From NCBI RefSeq assembly GCF_006345805.1, contig NC_043005.1, forward strand, positions 62,001-126,000: 64,000 nucleotides of DNA. Reading direction: 5' to 3'. Numbering within the stretch: the stretch's first letter is position 1; every line of letters begins with the position of its first letter. The notes beneath the pieces were generated by a model. It was not told the DNA's origin, did not search any database, and saw only the letters and a program-made list of their open reading frames with translations. The DNA comes from Octopus sinensis. Its lineage: Eukaryota. This document shows positions 51,701 through 62,784 of the stretch, in pieces. The position numbers were made by a program, and so were the translations under genes.

Positions 51701-52100
51701 TCCAAGATGCGGGCGGGATAGGGAAACCGTCCCGCACGCTATTGTTCATTGTCCGGACGTGTCTGAGGTGTGGGTTTATGCCGAACAGCTGTTGTCAGGT
51801 ACACGAAGAGTACAGCTGTCGACTGAGTCGATTACAAAAATTGACCCACCGGATTTCCTCGTGAATGAAGGTAAGTTTCGTTTTCTCGTTGTAGTAGCAA
51901 TTGCGAAAGAGGTGATATGGAAGACGAGAATGAAAGGTTTACAGTCAGGCAAGTTCATCTCCGGCCCTGGTTTGATGAATTATTTCATCTTTCACCTGAA
52001 AAGGAAGATAGGGCTGGAGAGAATATGCCTGACTAGGAGAGTGTATGAAGAACGATGGAAGGATGTAGCACGAAAGTTGCGAGTGAAAGATACAACATAA
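48717..52100 (+). pseudogene. Tx1/L1-type ORF2: APE endonuclease + RT + C-terminal CCHC
   Basis: ATET, IYAPN, LGDFN, SYLDRI, YSDH, KAPGLDGLP, FRPITLLN, LDQSKAFDRV, QGCPLSP, YAND (YADD with D>N at 50765-50767), CPRC..ETVPHAIVHC. Two frameshifts (about 48960 and 51220). Confidence 0.92.
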
Positions 52101-52170
52101 ATGTAATACCAAGCGCAACCATCAGATTGTATTGTCCCATCTATGTTCGCCCCTTGTGGGTAATAATAAA

Positions 52171-52516
52171 ACAACATCGAGGAAAGCACCTTCGAAAAGT
52201 GTCTTGGTGCGACTATGAAAGTTATCTAATCAGAGGCGGTAAATTCGCCACAATAGAAGCAAGGTTCGAGGGAGTACTCGACTCGAACTTGCAAAGTGGA
52301 AATGTTTTATTTTTACCTTTATATCTGGGATGTAGGACGTCCCGGAAAAAATGTTTTAATCCCCCCCCCCGAAGTAGAGGTAGGCTGGATTGTAGCCACA
52401 CTTCTATACAAGAGGGAGGACAAGATACAATTAATCGAAATTATAAGAGACGGGCTAACAATTCCAGTCTGTTATATATTTTGAGTATTGTTATCACTAG
52501 CGATATCAAGATATAA
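52171..52516 (+). pseudogene. Right half of an interrupted Tx1-type ORF1 (host of the array)
   Basis: NIEESTFEKCLGATMKVI-YLIRGGKFATIEARF...NVLFLPLYLGCRTSR...PPEVEVGWIVATLL aligns with unit 4 IEEKKIEFCL...YINRGKRYGTVEVRF...NIVLLPLYKGKRTSK...PPEADAECLVAAVM. Confidence 0.75.
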
Positions 52517-52603
52517 CTTTGTATTTTGTATTTTATGTGTAGATGTATATATATAGATGTACATGTAATATGTACATATATATACATACACATATATACA
52601 TGC

Positions 52604-52645
52604 ACTAGCACTATGACCCGGCAACGACGGGTCTTTAATGCTAGT
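52604..52645. other. 42-bp quasi-palindrome reading as a Helitron 3' terminus on both strands
   Basis: ACTAGCA-CTAT-GACCCG-GCAACGA-CGGGTC-TTTAA-TGCTAGT. Confidence 0.55.
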
Positions 52646-52707
52646 ATATATCTATATATTCATACATATAATATATGTATACAAATATAAATGAATATAA
52701 ACATATG

Positions 52708-53920
52708 TTAGTTAGTTAGTTAGTTAGTTAGTTAATTTGGCTGAAAAGCAAATAGCAAGGCCATGTAGGGGGACATGGAGTTAAGTACAGGGTGGTGTTC
52801 ATGTAAAGAGTTCAGGCCACTTGAGGTCAAGGGAGGCTTTGAACAAAGCGGTCGTCGGCATCTTCACCATCTCGTCTGGCAGCTTGTTCCACGGATCCGC
52901 AACCCGGACGGAGAAAGCTCCTCTCCTTCGATTGAGATGAAATCGTCGCAGGTAGAGCTTTTCGGAATGACCCCGCAGCCGACGCTCTGGAGCAGGAGTG
53001 AAGAACAGCTCTTTCGAGAGTTTACACTTTCCGCTTATGATGTTGTGGGCGAGAATGAGATCACCACGGCGGCGGCGTTTTTCTAGAGAATAAAGGTCGA
53101 GCGTCCTCAGCCATTCTTCATAGGAAAAACTTTTGAGACCATGAACCATGCGGGTAGCCAGCTTGTGGACTCTTTCGAGATACTGTATGTCTTTGAGGAG
53201 ATAAGGAGAAGAGGCTTGAATCCCGTACTCCAATATGGGTCTCACCAGCGTGACATAGAGTGGTAGGGATATGGCTGCTGTGAGCATTCCGAATGACCGT
53301 CGAATCAAGAACAGAATTCCACGTGCTTTGTTGGCAGCATGGACGCACTGGGCCGAAGGCGAAAAGGAGGAATCCACCAAGATACCCAGGTCCTTTACCT
53401 GATCGGTCCTCTCCAGCAGCAGACGACCCGGCTCGAAATCAAGTTGAGTTGCAGGAGGAGAGCCAACAGGCAGATGACAGCACTTTGACACGTTCAGACA
53501 CAGGTCCCATTCGTTAGACCACCTCTAAATTTGGTGGAGGCATCGACGAAGATCCTCTATATCACCGCGAGGAGCGACCAGTTTGACATCGGCGGCAAAT
53601 AGAAGGGTGTGTTGCGTGAGGTCGTCGGGCAAGTCATTTATGAAGACTAAGAACAATAAGGGCCCAAGCACTGAACCTTGAGGCACGCCACTGCTCGCAC
53701 TGGAGACGTCGGATCGCGAACCATTAACTTGGACTTGGAAGGAGCAATCTGAGAGGAAGGCACCAACCCATCGTACAATATCCGGATGGAAACTATATGC
53801 TTGAAGCTTGACAAGTAATAGGCGGTGGTTAACCGAGTCAAAAGCTTTGACAAAGTCCAATAAAACGATGTCAACAGCATCACTATCATCGAGGATGCGC
53901 GTCACCAATTCTTCCATTAC
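52708..53920 (-). mobile_element. 5'-truncated CR1-type LINE
   Basis: LDFVKAFDSVNH, SGVPQGSVLGPLLF, FAADVKL, RRRRGDLI, RGHSEKL, WNKLP; (AACT)n tail. Confidence 0.9.
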
Positions 53921-54679
53921 CAGTAATATACAGTTAGAATATGGTTAGCATTGTATACATCCTAATACAAAGAAAATCAATTGTAATATCCAAAATAAAT
54001 AATTTTTATCTTTTCGTCAAAGCTGAAGTTAAGCCATAATAATTATGCTCTATGTTATATTAATATTAAAAATGTTCAACATAATGTATTTATATATGTA
54101 TATGGCGTATGGTATATCTATTTTATTTCATCGAATTGACCATGAAGGTCGTACATAGATAAATGTAGCTGCGGGCTGGACAGAAACATTAATGTGTATG
54201 AAAACGACAAAGATGGAAAAAAATAATAATAATGGGAGAGGTACTGGCGCCCGCCAACCGATAACCCCTCGAAATCATTGTTCAATTTAAATCAATATAA
54301 ATCAAAATTGTAATAAAAGAATTCAATTTTCTTCATTTTGTTTAAAATATTAATATAACATATAATAGAATAGTGAAATATATTCTAATACTATTAAATA
54401 ATATCTACAATAAATAAATAAACCACATAAGATTGAATAAGGTTTAATATATACTAAAGATAAGTTAAATGTAATATATAGGTACATAGAATTATTATAG
54501 CATTAGATATAAATGACTATTTACTATAAATTTAAAGTCTAAATAATAAGTAATTAAATCAAATATATATTATTATGTTGGAATTGATTTATATTATTAT
54601 AATAAATATTTAAAAATAATATAATTATTTATTTATTAGCTAAATCTATTGTAAGGTTACTTTAATTATTATTTACATT

Positions 54680-55330
54680 TAATTTTACGTTCGTCCAAAA
54701 TTTACCAACGCATAATTGTTGTTAAATAATATTTCCTTAATTTCGTTATTACAACGAGAACAATTATTACTCCCTATAGTATATGATTTAGCCCAACAAA
54801 TAATATCCCAATTTAATTTATATTTAATAGATCTTGATTTAAGGTCCCAAATATATTTACTGAAACTTGTTGAATTTATAAGATTTTTATTCCTAAAAGA
54901 ATACATATATTGAGAAATTCTAGATATCATTTTATTCGAAGTGGACCCTATATAAATAGTATTTAAATAGCGATTATTCAAATTCTTATCATCTATTATA
55001 GTTACCATTCACCTATAGACTACATTATCTAATTTACAATAATTGTTAAATTTACATATGGACTTATCCCTACACGTACAATAAATTAAATCTTTATTAT
55101 TAATATTGGAATCAATATTTAATCTATATCTATAGAATTTTTTAATTTAAAAATATTACATGAAGAAATAATATTGCCAATATTATTAGTAGTTGAATAA
55201 CCAACATCAAAAGTATCTTTAGAAAAAATATTATAATATTTTTATTATCCCTAATAAATACTTCAATCATATTTACAATCTCTTTAATGAGATTTTTTAA
55301 ACCTCAGCGCCAAAAGGAATGATTAACCAA
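54680..55330 (-). mobile_element. Very AT-rich Penelope-like GIY-YIG fragment
   Basis: GYSTTNNIGNIISS, CTCRDKSICKFNNYCKLDNVVYR, YIGSTS...SFR...STSFSKYIWDLK...WDII..AKSY..GS..C..CN.E; same architecture as 61905-62320. Confidence 0.75.
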
Positions 55331-55344
55331 ATTTTATTTTTATT

Positions 55345-55350
55345 TAAATC

Positions 55351-55400
<50 letters not shown>

Positions 55401-55570
55401 AATTATTATTATTAATATAATTATTATTATTATTATTTTTATTTTTATTATTATTATTAGCATTATTATTATTATTGTTATTATAATTATTATCATTATC
55501 ATTATAATTATTATAACTATCATTATTATAACTATAAATATTTGTGATAGTATTAAATTTATTATCTTCA
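55345..55570. repeat. Degenerate (ATT)n microsatellite
   Basis: Direct inspection. Confidence 0.9.
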
Positions 55571-55904
55571 TTAATTGAATTAAATTTTATTTTATTTTAA
55601 TTTTTATTACTATTCTTTTATTTTTTATTTTAATACTAAATTTAGGCTTTACATCATCAAAATTCCTACTATTATTAAGACGATAAATAACTAAATAAAA
55701 TTTATCATAATTCAGATAATTAGGTTTATCATTATAAAAATCATTAAAACTATAATCTTTTAAGTTATAATTATGTTTACAAACGTTAAATATAAATATA
55801 TATATATATATATATATCTGGGGAGGGGGTGCCTGTCTATCTGTCTCTGTTTATCTCCACCTCTCATCGATAGATAACTGAAGCTGATGTGCTTACATGC
55901 CTGT

Positions 55905-56430
<526 letters not shown>

Positions 56431-56441
56431 TTACACACACA

Positions 56442-56505
<64 letters not shown>

Positions 56506-58559
56506 TACAATGGCGTCATTGTTACTGAAATCTTTATATTGATAAACAGGTAAGGAATGTGTGCATACACCCACCCACATACAATGGCTTCGTTGTTACG
56601 GAGATCCTTATATTGATAAATCTAATGATATCGTTGCATTTGCAAACAGTATAGCTTTCCCTAAGCAGGAGGCTAAACTCTGGAGCTTGACGTTCTGATT
56701 GGACCAAGTGGTGTCCTGGTTGTGCATCAAGCATCAGGTTTAAATTTTATTCATGCTTTATTATTTTTGTTTGTTTGTTACTTTGGTCTACGTGTTTTTC
56801 AAATCTGGGCTTCGTTTCCGGCCTAGGGTTATACAATTTCTGCATATTTTCTTTATGAAACTTTACTGCTTTTATTCTTCCCTTTTTTCTTTTTTCTCTT
56901 TCGTTTTGCTCTCTTCTGTTTTCTATTTTTTATTTTTAAGTCTCTTATTCTCTTTGTTTTTTGTTTTTTTGTTTTTACCTGACACACACTTAATCGGTTG
57001 AATGGAACTCCTCACAGCATCTTCCGTTTCACTTTCCGTACCAACTTTCATTCCTGCAATTTATACTATTTCCAGATTAACGTTCTGCTAGAAAACAAAG
57101 ACGAATTCTCAGAAATTCATTGTCTTCAGCTCCCTATCTTCTCAGATTCTCACACATAAACTGCACTGAACGTTATATATTTTTCGTTGGCTTTCGTAAT
57201 TTTATTCACAGTTCTTATTCACTTGAAACCTCTTATGATTCTACCAATAAATATTTATGAAAACCCCTTTTTCGTAACGGATGGTTGCGGTCAGCTAAAT
57301 GTCGTATCTCTCTGTTTTGTAATCAAATAGAGGAGATTCAATTCAAGGGAGACATGTTTTAGTTTCAAATATTTTTGACTTGCAAATTGTTGCATGGAAT
57401 CCCTTCTCGATGACTCGTACCCTAAAACGCATGAATTAAATCAACTCTTCCGTCTTCTTCACTAAGCCTTTCACATAACTAAATCTTTCTTGGTGGAATT
57501 TGAATATTTAAACTGAATATAGGACTAGATATTCATATGAGACGCTTGATAGCTTTCCTCTTTGTAGACAGCGTTGTATAATTAACAAGCGCAGTATAAC
57601 TCGGGCAATACTCCATTCCGTGTGTCCTCCTCTCGTTATAGAAGCGTCGGGTGGCTGTCATGATACACGGATAGTCTTGGACATTCAAACCATGCTGGTT
57701 CTGTGTTTCACGAGCTCTGACAGAAACAGAATCCTTGCAGTGAGGAAGAAAAGGAGGCAGAGAGATGAGAATCGGCACAAAGAAGGGAATTAGTAATTTA
57801 TCGATAATGAAACAGCGAAAGGCATAAGTGGCCTGAGATGAGATTCGGACAAGAATGTAGAGACAAGGAAAGACTACACAAGAAATTCTGTTGCATGCCA
57901 ATCCGATGCCAATGTTTGCTAATAGTAATGGTGCAATGGAACATAACATATATAGCAGGGTCACTAGCATAGCTGGCGTGGGGCGGTAGATGTGGTCCGC
58001 CAGGGTGGCACTTTTAAAGGGGTCTGGATGCGGCAAACGTAGGGGCCACTCCGAGAGGCACACATTCTAGCTCCGTTAGTGAGCACAGTGTATACATTTC
58101 TTTTATATAATAGTAACGGAAGCACTTGAGTGTAGAAAGTATCCCGCGCTCCGTGTGGCAGAACTGATCCTAATAAAGCGGTAATTACGAAAGGTCTGTA
58201 TTTCTAGGAACAATGGAGGCAATTCTGAGGAACTGGCTCCGAAAACCGTTTGCCGTGTGTTGGGAGAAACTGTTGAAAAGTTTCGACTCACTCGCAAAGG
58301 AAAGAATTTATGTGAAAGAAGCGCAACTATTTGTATAGACATAAAAATCAATAATAATTTATAAGCTAGGCAAAGAATGCCTACAGAAATAAACACACAT
58401 GGGGAGCGCCCTGTATTGAGCCTCTTTATGTCGAAGCATCTGCAGACGTATGACAAGTGGTGAAACATCATTTCACTATGGCAATATGAAATAGAAATAT
58501 TTATCGACTTCCTACACACACAGTAGTAAGATCATGCTCTCAGGAACGACTCGTTGCAA

Positions 58560-61078
58560 ACAAACACAGGTGGAGTCACCTGCTCTACCTCACCAATGCC
58601 TTAGTCAAGGAACAAGTTATACTCAGACCAACTAGGGAAAATAACATTTTGGATCTCTGCTTCACAAACAATATAGACATCATTCATGATGTGAAAGTTA
58701 CGCCGACATTAGTCTCGGATCACAACATAATAGAGCTTTCTATATTTGGGCCGAAAGTAGCCAGAGGCATACAGCCAAAAGGAAGCACCCGAAATCTCTC
58801 CAATCGGAACTTCCACAAAGTAGACTGGAAACCGATCCAAAAAGAGATCCGCAGACAGGACTGTCCGAAATGTCTCTCCTCACCAGACGTTGGCATGAAA
58901 CTAGAATATTTCATGTCTGTTATGCAAGCCATATGCCAGAAATATGTTCCAGAGCACAAGGCCACAACAAATAGGAACAAGATTCCAAAGGAGAGGAAGA
59001 TTCTCATGAGACGACGGACGAAGGTTTCAAATCGCCTCAACCAACATGCCAAAAGTAGTGAAAGGTCCCGCCTAAAAACAACACTGATGTAGATTGGAAA
59101 AAGCTTGAAACAATTTTATGAGAGGGAGAGAGCAGACAAAGAAGCCTGGTTTAGTAAAAACATTAAGTCCAATCCAAAGGCCTTCTTTCATTACGCCACA
59201 GAGACAGCATCAATGCACCGCAAGATAGGATCCCTCTTCCTAAAGTATGGCACCCTCACAGAAAGCCCAACCAGGATCAGTGAGGTACTGAATGACCAAT
59301 TCAAAAGTGTCTTTATCACTCCGTTGGAACACAGACAAGTGAATCAACCGGTGGACTTTTTTTGCCGCCTCACCTATAACCAGCGAGGCAATTACGATGG
59401 AATACATCGACATTAGCGAAGAAGACTTACTAACCATAGATGAAGTGGACGCAAACTCAACGGATGGTCCTGATGGTTTACCAGCAATCCTCCTCAAATC
59501 GTGTATCCATGCCCTGGCAAAACCCCTCCAGATTTTCTTCCAGAGCTTTCTTGCAAATGGCAGACTGCCAAGCAAGCTGAAGGAGGGAATAATATGCCCA
59601 GTCAACAAAGGAAGCAGAGCAGATGCCAAAAACTATTGGCATATCTCTCTGACTTCACACATCAGCAATGTCAAGGAACAGATCGTCAGAGGGAAACCAA
59701 TTGCATACCTTGAAGAAAATGATTTATTGAGTGATACCCAGCATGACTTTCGAACAGGTAGGAGCTGCCTGACCCAGCTCTTACAACATTATGACTTGGT
59801 GTTGAGGTAGTTACTCAACAACTCAAATGTGGACGTAACATACCTTGATTTCGCAAAAGCTGTTGATTAGGGTATGATATGCCACAAACTGCGATTTCTC
59901 GGCGTAGCGGAAAACTTGTTGTGTGGTTACATGACTTTCTGAAAGATAGAAGTCAGGAAGTAGTGGCCAATAGCGCCTCCTCAACGAAAACACAAATAGT
60001 GAGCGGTGTTCCACAGGGCACTGTCTTGGCACCGCTGCTTTTCATAGTGGCCCTTTTAGGTATGCCCTCAACTGCCCGGATAGCTACCCTTGCAAGGTAC
60101 GCAGACGATACGAATGTCTCGTAGAAAATACAGAAGCCCAGCAATGTTGCGCACCTGCAGCAGGAGATGACCTCAATTTACAGATGGGCTGAGGATAATA
60201 ATATGCAGTTAAATGCTGAAAAATTCCAAGCCCTGCGCTACCAGCAACCAAAACTGAATATGAAACTTACAGGGTACACTGGTCCACAGGGAATTTCAAT
60301 CCCAGAGCCTAAGTCAATGAAGGACCTGGGAATCGACATGCGTGATGATACCGCTTTTCAAGTGCACATTACCAGGATGGTGACAAAGTGCAGACAACTG
60401 ACTCGATGGATCCTGAGAATATTCAGAACGAGCGAGAAGGAAACCACGATGGTCCTCTGGAGGACATTCTTCTCCAGCTGCATGGATTACTGCTTCCAGC
60501 TATGGTCACCCAACAGTGTAAAATTAACAGCGGACCTTGAAGCAATCCAGAGAAGATTCACAAAGAAGATCGTCTCATTGCAACAGCTCAGCTAATTGGA
60601 AAGGCTGCAACAGCTAAGACTCTACTCCCTGAAGCTAAGGCGGGAGAGGTATGCAGTAATATATACATCTGGAAGATCCTGGAAGGAATTGTGCCAAATT
60701 TTGGCATTGGAAGCTACATCAATGCAAAGAACGGGTCGACACTGTACAGTGCCAAATATCCCAACAATGCCATCGAGCTTCAGGACCAGTTACTGCAACA
60801 ACCTGTGTTTCGGCGGCCCACACCTTGTTTAATATTCTCCCAAAGAACCTGAGGAATCTGCACAAAGTAGATGTAGGCGTTTTTCAATCAAAGCTGGACG
60901 TCTTCCTGTCGAGAGTCCCAAATGAACGTACCTCAAGGCAAGAGGTGCAAATAAGGGTAGCTATATCAAACTCCATTCTACACCAAGTGGCATATATTAG
61001 AGGAGGATCTCAGTAATCAGTGTAGCAAAACAGCGGTGCTCCAACATGGCCACAGCAATGAGCTGAAATTATAAAAAT
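58560..61078 (+). mobile_element. Degenerate CR1-type LINE (APE C-terminus + RT + 3' tail)
   Basis: PTRENNILDLCFTN, VSDHNII, GPDGLPA, HDFRTGRSCLTQLL, YLDFAKA, SGVPQGTVLAPLL, YADDT, RRERY, FNILPK. Many stops and frameshifts. Confidence 0.9.
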
Positions 61079-61115
61079 GTATGTACATATTTTATATATA
61101 TATATATGTATGTAT

Positions 61116-61390
61116 GAAAGCGCATGGCTCAGTGGTTAGAGCGTCGAGCTTACGAGCGTGAGGTTGTGAGCTCGAATCCCGGACCGGGCTGCGTGTTGTG
61201 TTCTTGAGCAAGGCATTTTATTTCACCTTGCTCCAGTTCACTCAGCTGTAGAATGAGTTGCGACGTCACTGGTGCCAAGCTTTGTCTTTCCCTTGGATAA
61301 CACTGGTGGCGTGGACTTGTGTCTTGGAGGGTAACATTCTAGGTGCTATCCCATGGTCATTCATGACCGAAGGGGATCTTTACCCCTTTT
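61116..61390 (+). mobile_element. tRNA-derived SINE of a second family
   Basis: A box TGGCTCAGTGG, B-box-like GAGCTCGAATCC, central CTTGAGCAAGGCA block, runs into (TA)n. Confidence 0.8.
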
Positions 61391-61426
61391 ATATACATAT
61401 ATATTATATATATATATATGTAAATA

Positions 61427-61500
<74 letters not shown>

Positions 61501-61569
61501 TATATATATATGTATATACATATATATATATATATATAATATATGTATATACATATATATATATATATG

Positions 61570-61616
<47 letters not shown>

Positions 61617-61657
61617 TATACATATATATGTATATATATGTATATACATATATGTAT

Positions 61658-61710
<53 letters not shown>

Positions 61711-61730
61711 CATATATATGTATATATATG

Positions 61731-61812
<82 letters not shown>
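61391..61812. repeat. (TA)n/(TATG)n microsatellite
   Basis: Direct inspection. Confidence 0.95.
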
Positions 61813-61813
<1 letters not shown>

Positions 61814-61904
61814 ATAAAACGGTAAGATAACAAAAGAAAGAAAGAGACCTCAATATTATGTAAATAGAGGAAATTTATCTATACAATATGTTACATTACT
61901 CGGT

Positions 61905-62619
61905 AGAATTGTGCCCGCTAAATGGAGCTTGCATGTCCAAGACCATCATATATGAAGTTACCGTAAACTCTATAACCACTAAAGACACCGTTTCGACGAA
62001 GAAATACGTGGGCCTGACAGAGGTAATTTCAAGGCCAGGTTCAATAACCACACTTTGAGCTTTAGGCACTGGAACAAAAGAAAAGCGACACAATTATCCA
62101 ATCATATTTGGTCTTTAAGAGATAAAGGTGTCGATTATAACATACAATGGAAGATTTTGGCCAGATGTAAGCCCTATACTAACGGCAGCGGAAGGTGCGG
62201 TTTATGCGACATGGAGAGATGGCTTATCTGGAAAAGCAGCTTAGACCCTACCACATGTCTAAATACAAGGACAGAGCTTTTCGGATCATGCCCCATGTGA
62301 CTAAATTTCTGTTACGTTTTTGGTCCCCTAAAGAAAACGGATAGAACATGCTTTCTGTGTTATGTCCCAAGAAGATTTTATATATTTTTATATATTTTTC
62401 TGTATTTTTATATAATTTTTATGACGAAAAATGCGAGCAATGTATAAGTACGCAGGCAAGCAGAGTTATAACAGAGTAATTTCCCTTCATTTTTAACGGT
62501 ATTTTTTCATAACGTTTTCAAATAGCCAGATAACCGAAGAGATGGTGTTGTGGATTTCCACTTCGGCATCTGAAACTCAGAGTTTTATCTTGACTACCGA
62601 GTAATGTAACATATTGTAT

Positions 62620-62620
<1 letters not shown>
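61905..62620 (+). mobile_element. Penelope-like element 3' end (GIY-YIG + pLTR)
   Basis: CPLNGACMSKTIIYEV...KYVGLTE...SFRH...TQLSNHIWSLRD...QWKILARCKPY..GSGRCGLC..E...CLNTRTE, followed by a hammerhead motif and (TA)n. Confidence 0.85.
62528..62590 (+). ncRNA. Hammerhead motif (C4 variant, extra U before GAAA)
   Basis: AGATAA CCGAAGA GATG...CATC T GAAA CTC-A-GAG T T TTATCT; 6-bp stem I. Confidence 0.5.
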
Positions 62621-62678
<58 letters not shown>

Positions 62679-62784
62679 AGGTTAATCCAAACGAGAAAAC
62701 AGAAAAAGACAACAACACAAAGAGGTGGAACAATTAAGTTATATATATATATATATATGTATATACATACATACATACATATAT

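Larger units (their letters stand above)
47121..52170 (+). mobile_element. Array unit 4: full-length Tx1/L1-clade LINE (ORF1 + ORF2)
   Basis: ORF1 47337-48708, ORF2 48717-52100, short 3' UTR ending GCCCCTTGTGGGTAATAATAA. Confidence 0.92.

Noticed and set aside
52055-52516. 153-aa ORF as a standalone gene
   Set aside because: Chimeric read-through of the unit 4 end, its 3' UTR and frameshifted host ORF1 pieces.
57950-58090. GC-rich CAGGGTCACTAGC...GGGGCGG...CCGCCAGGG segment resembling a DNA-transposon end
   Set aside because: No partner TIR or TSD found; cannot assign.
57533-58519. Two minus-strand ORFs (176 and 138 aa)
   Set aside because: No recognisable domain, mostly antisense to purine-rich decayed repeat sequence.
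61116-61190. Functional tRNA genes here and at 4130-4204, 6350-6422, 33337-33414, 39850-39931
   Set aside because: A/B boxes are present but there is no complete cloverleaf; each continues into SINE body or decayed sequence.
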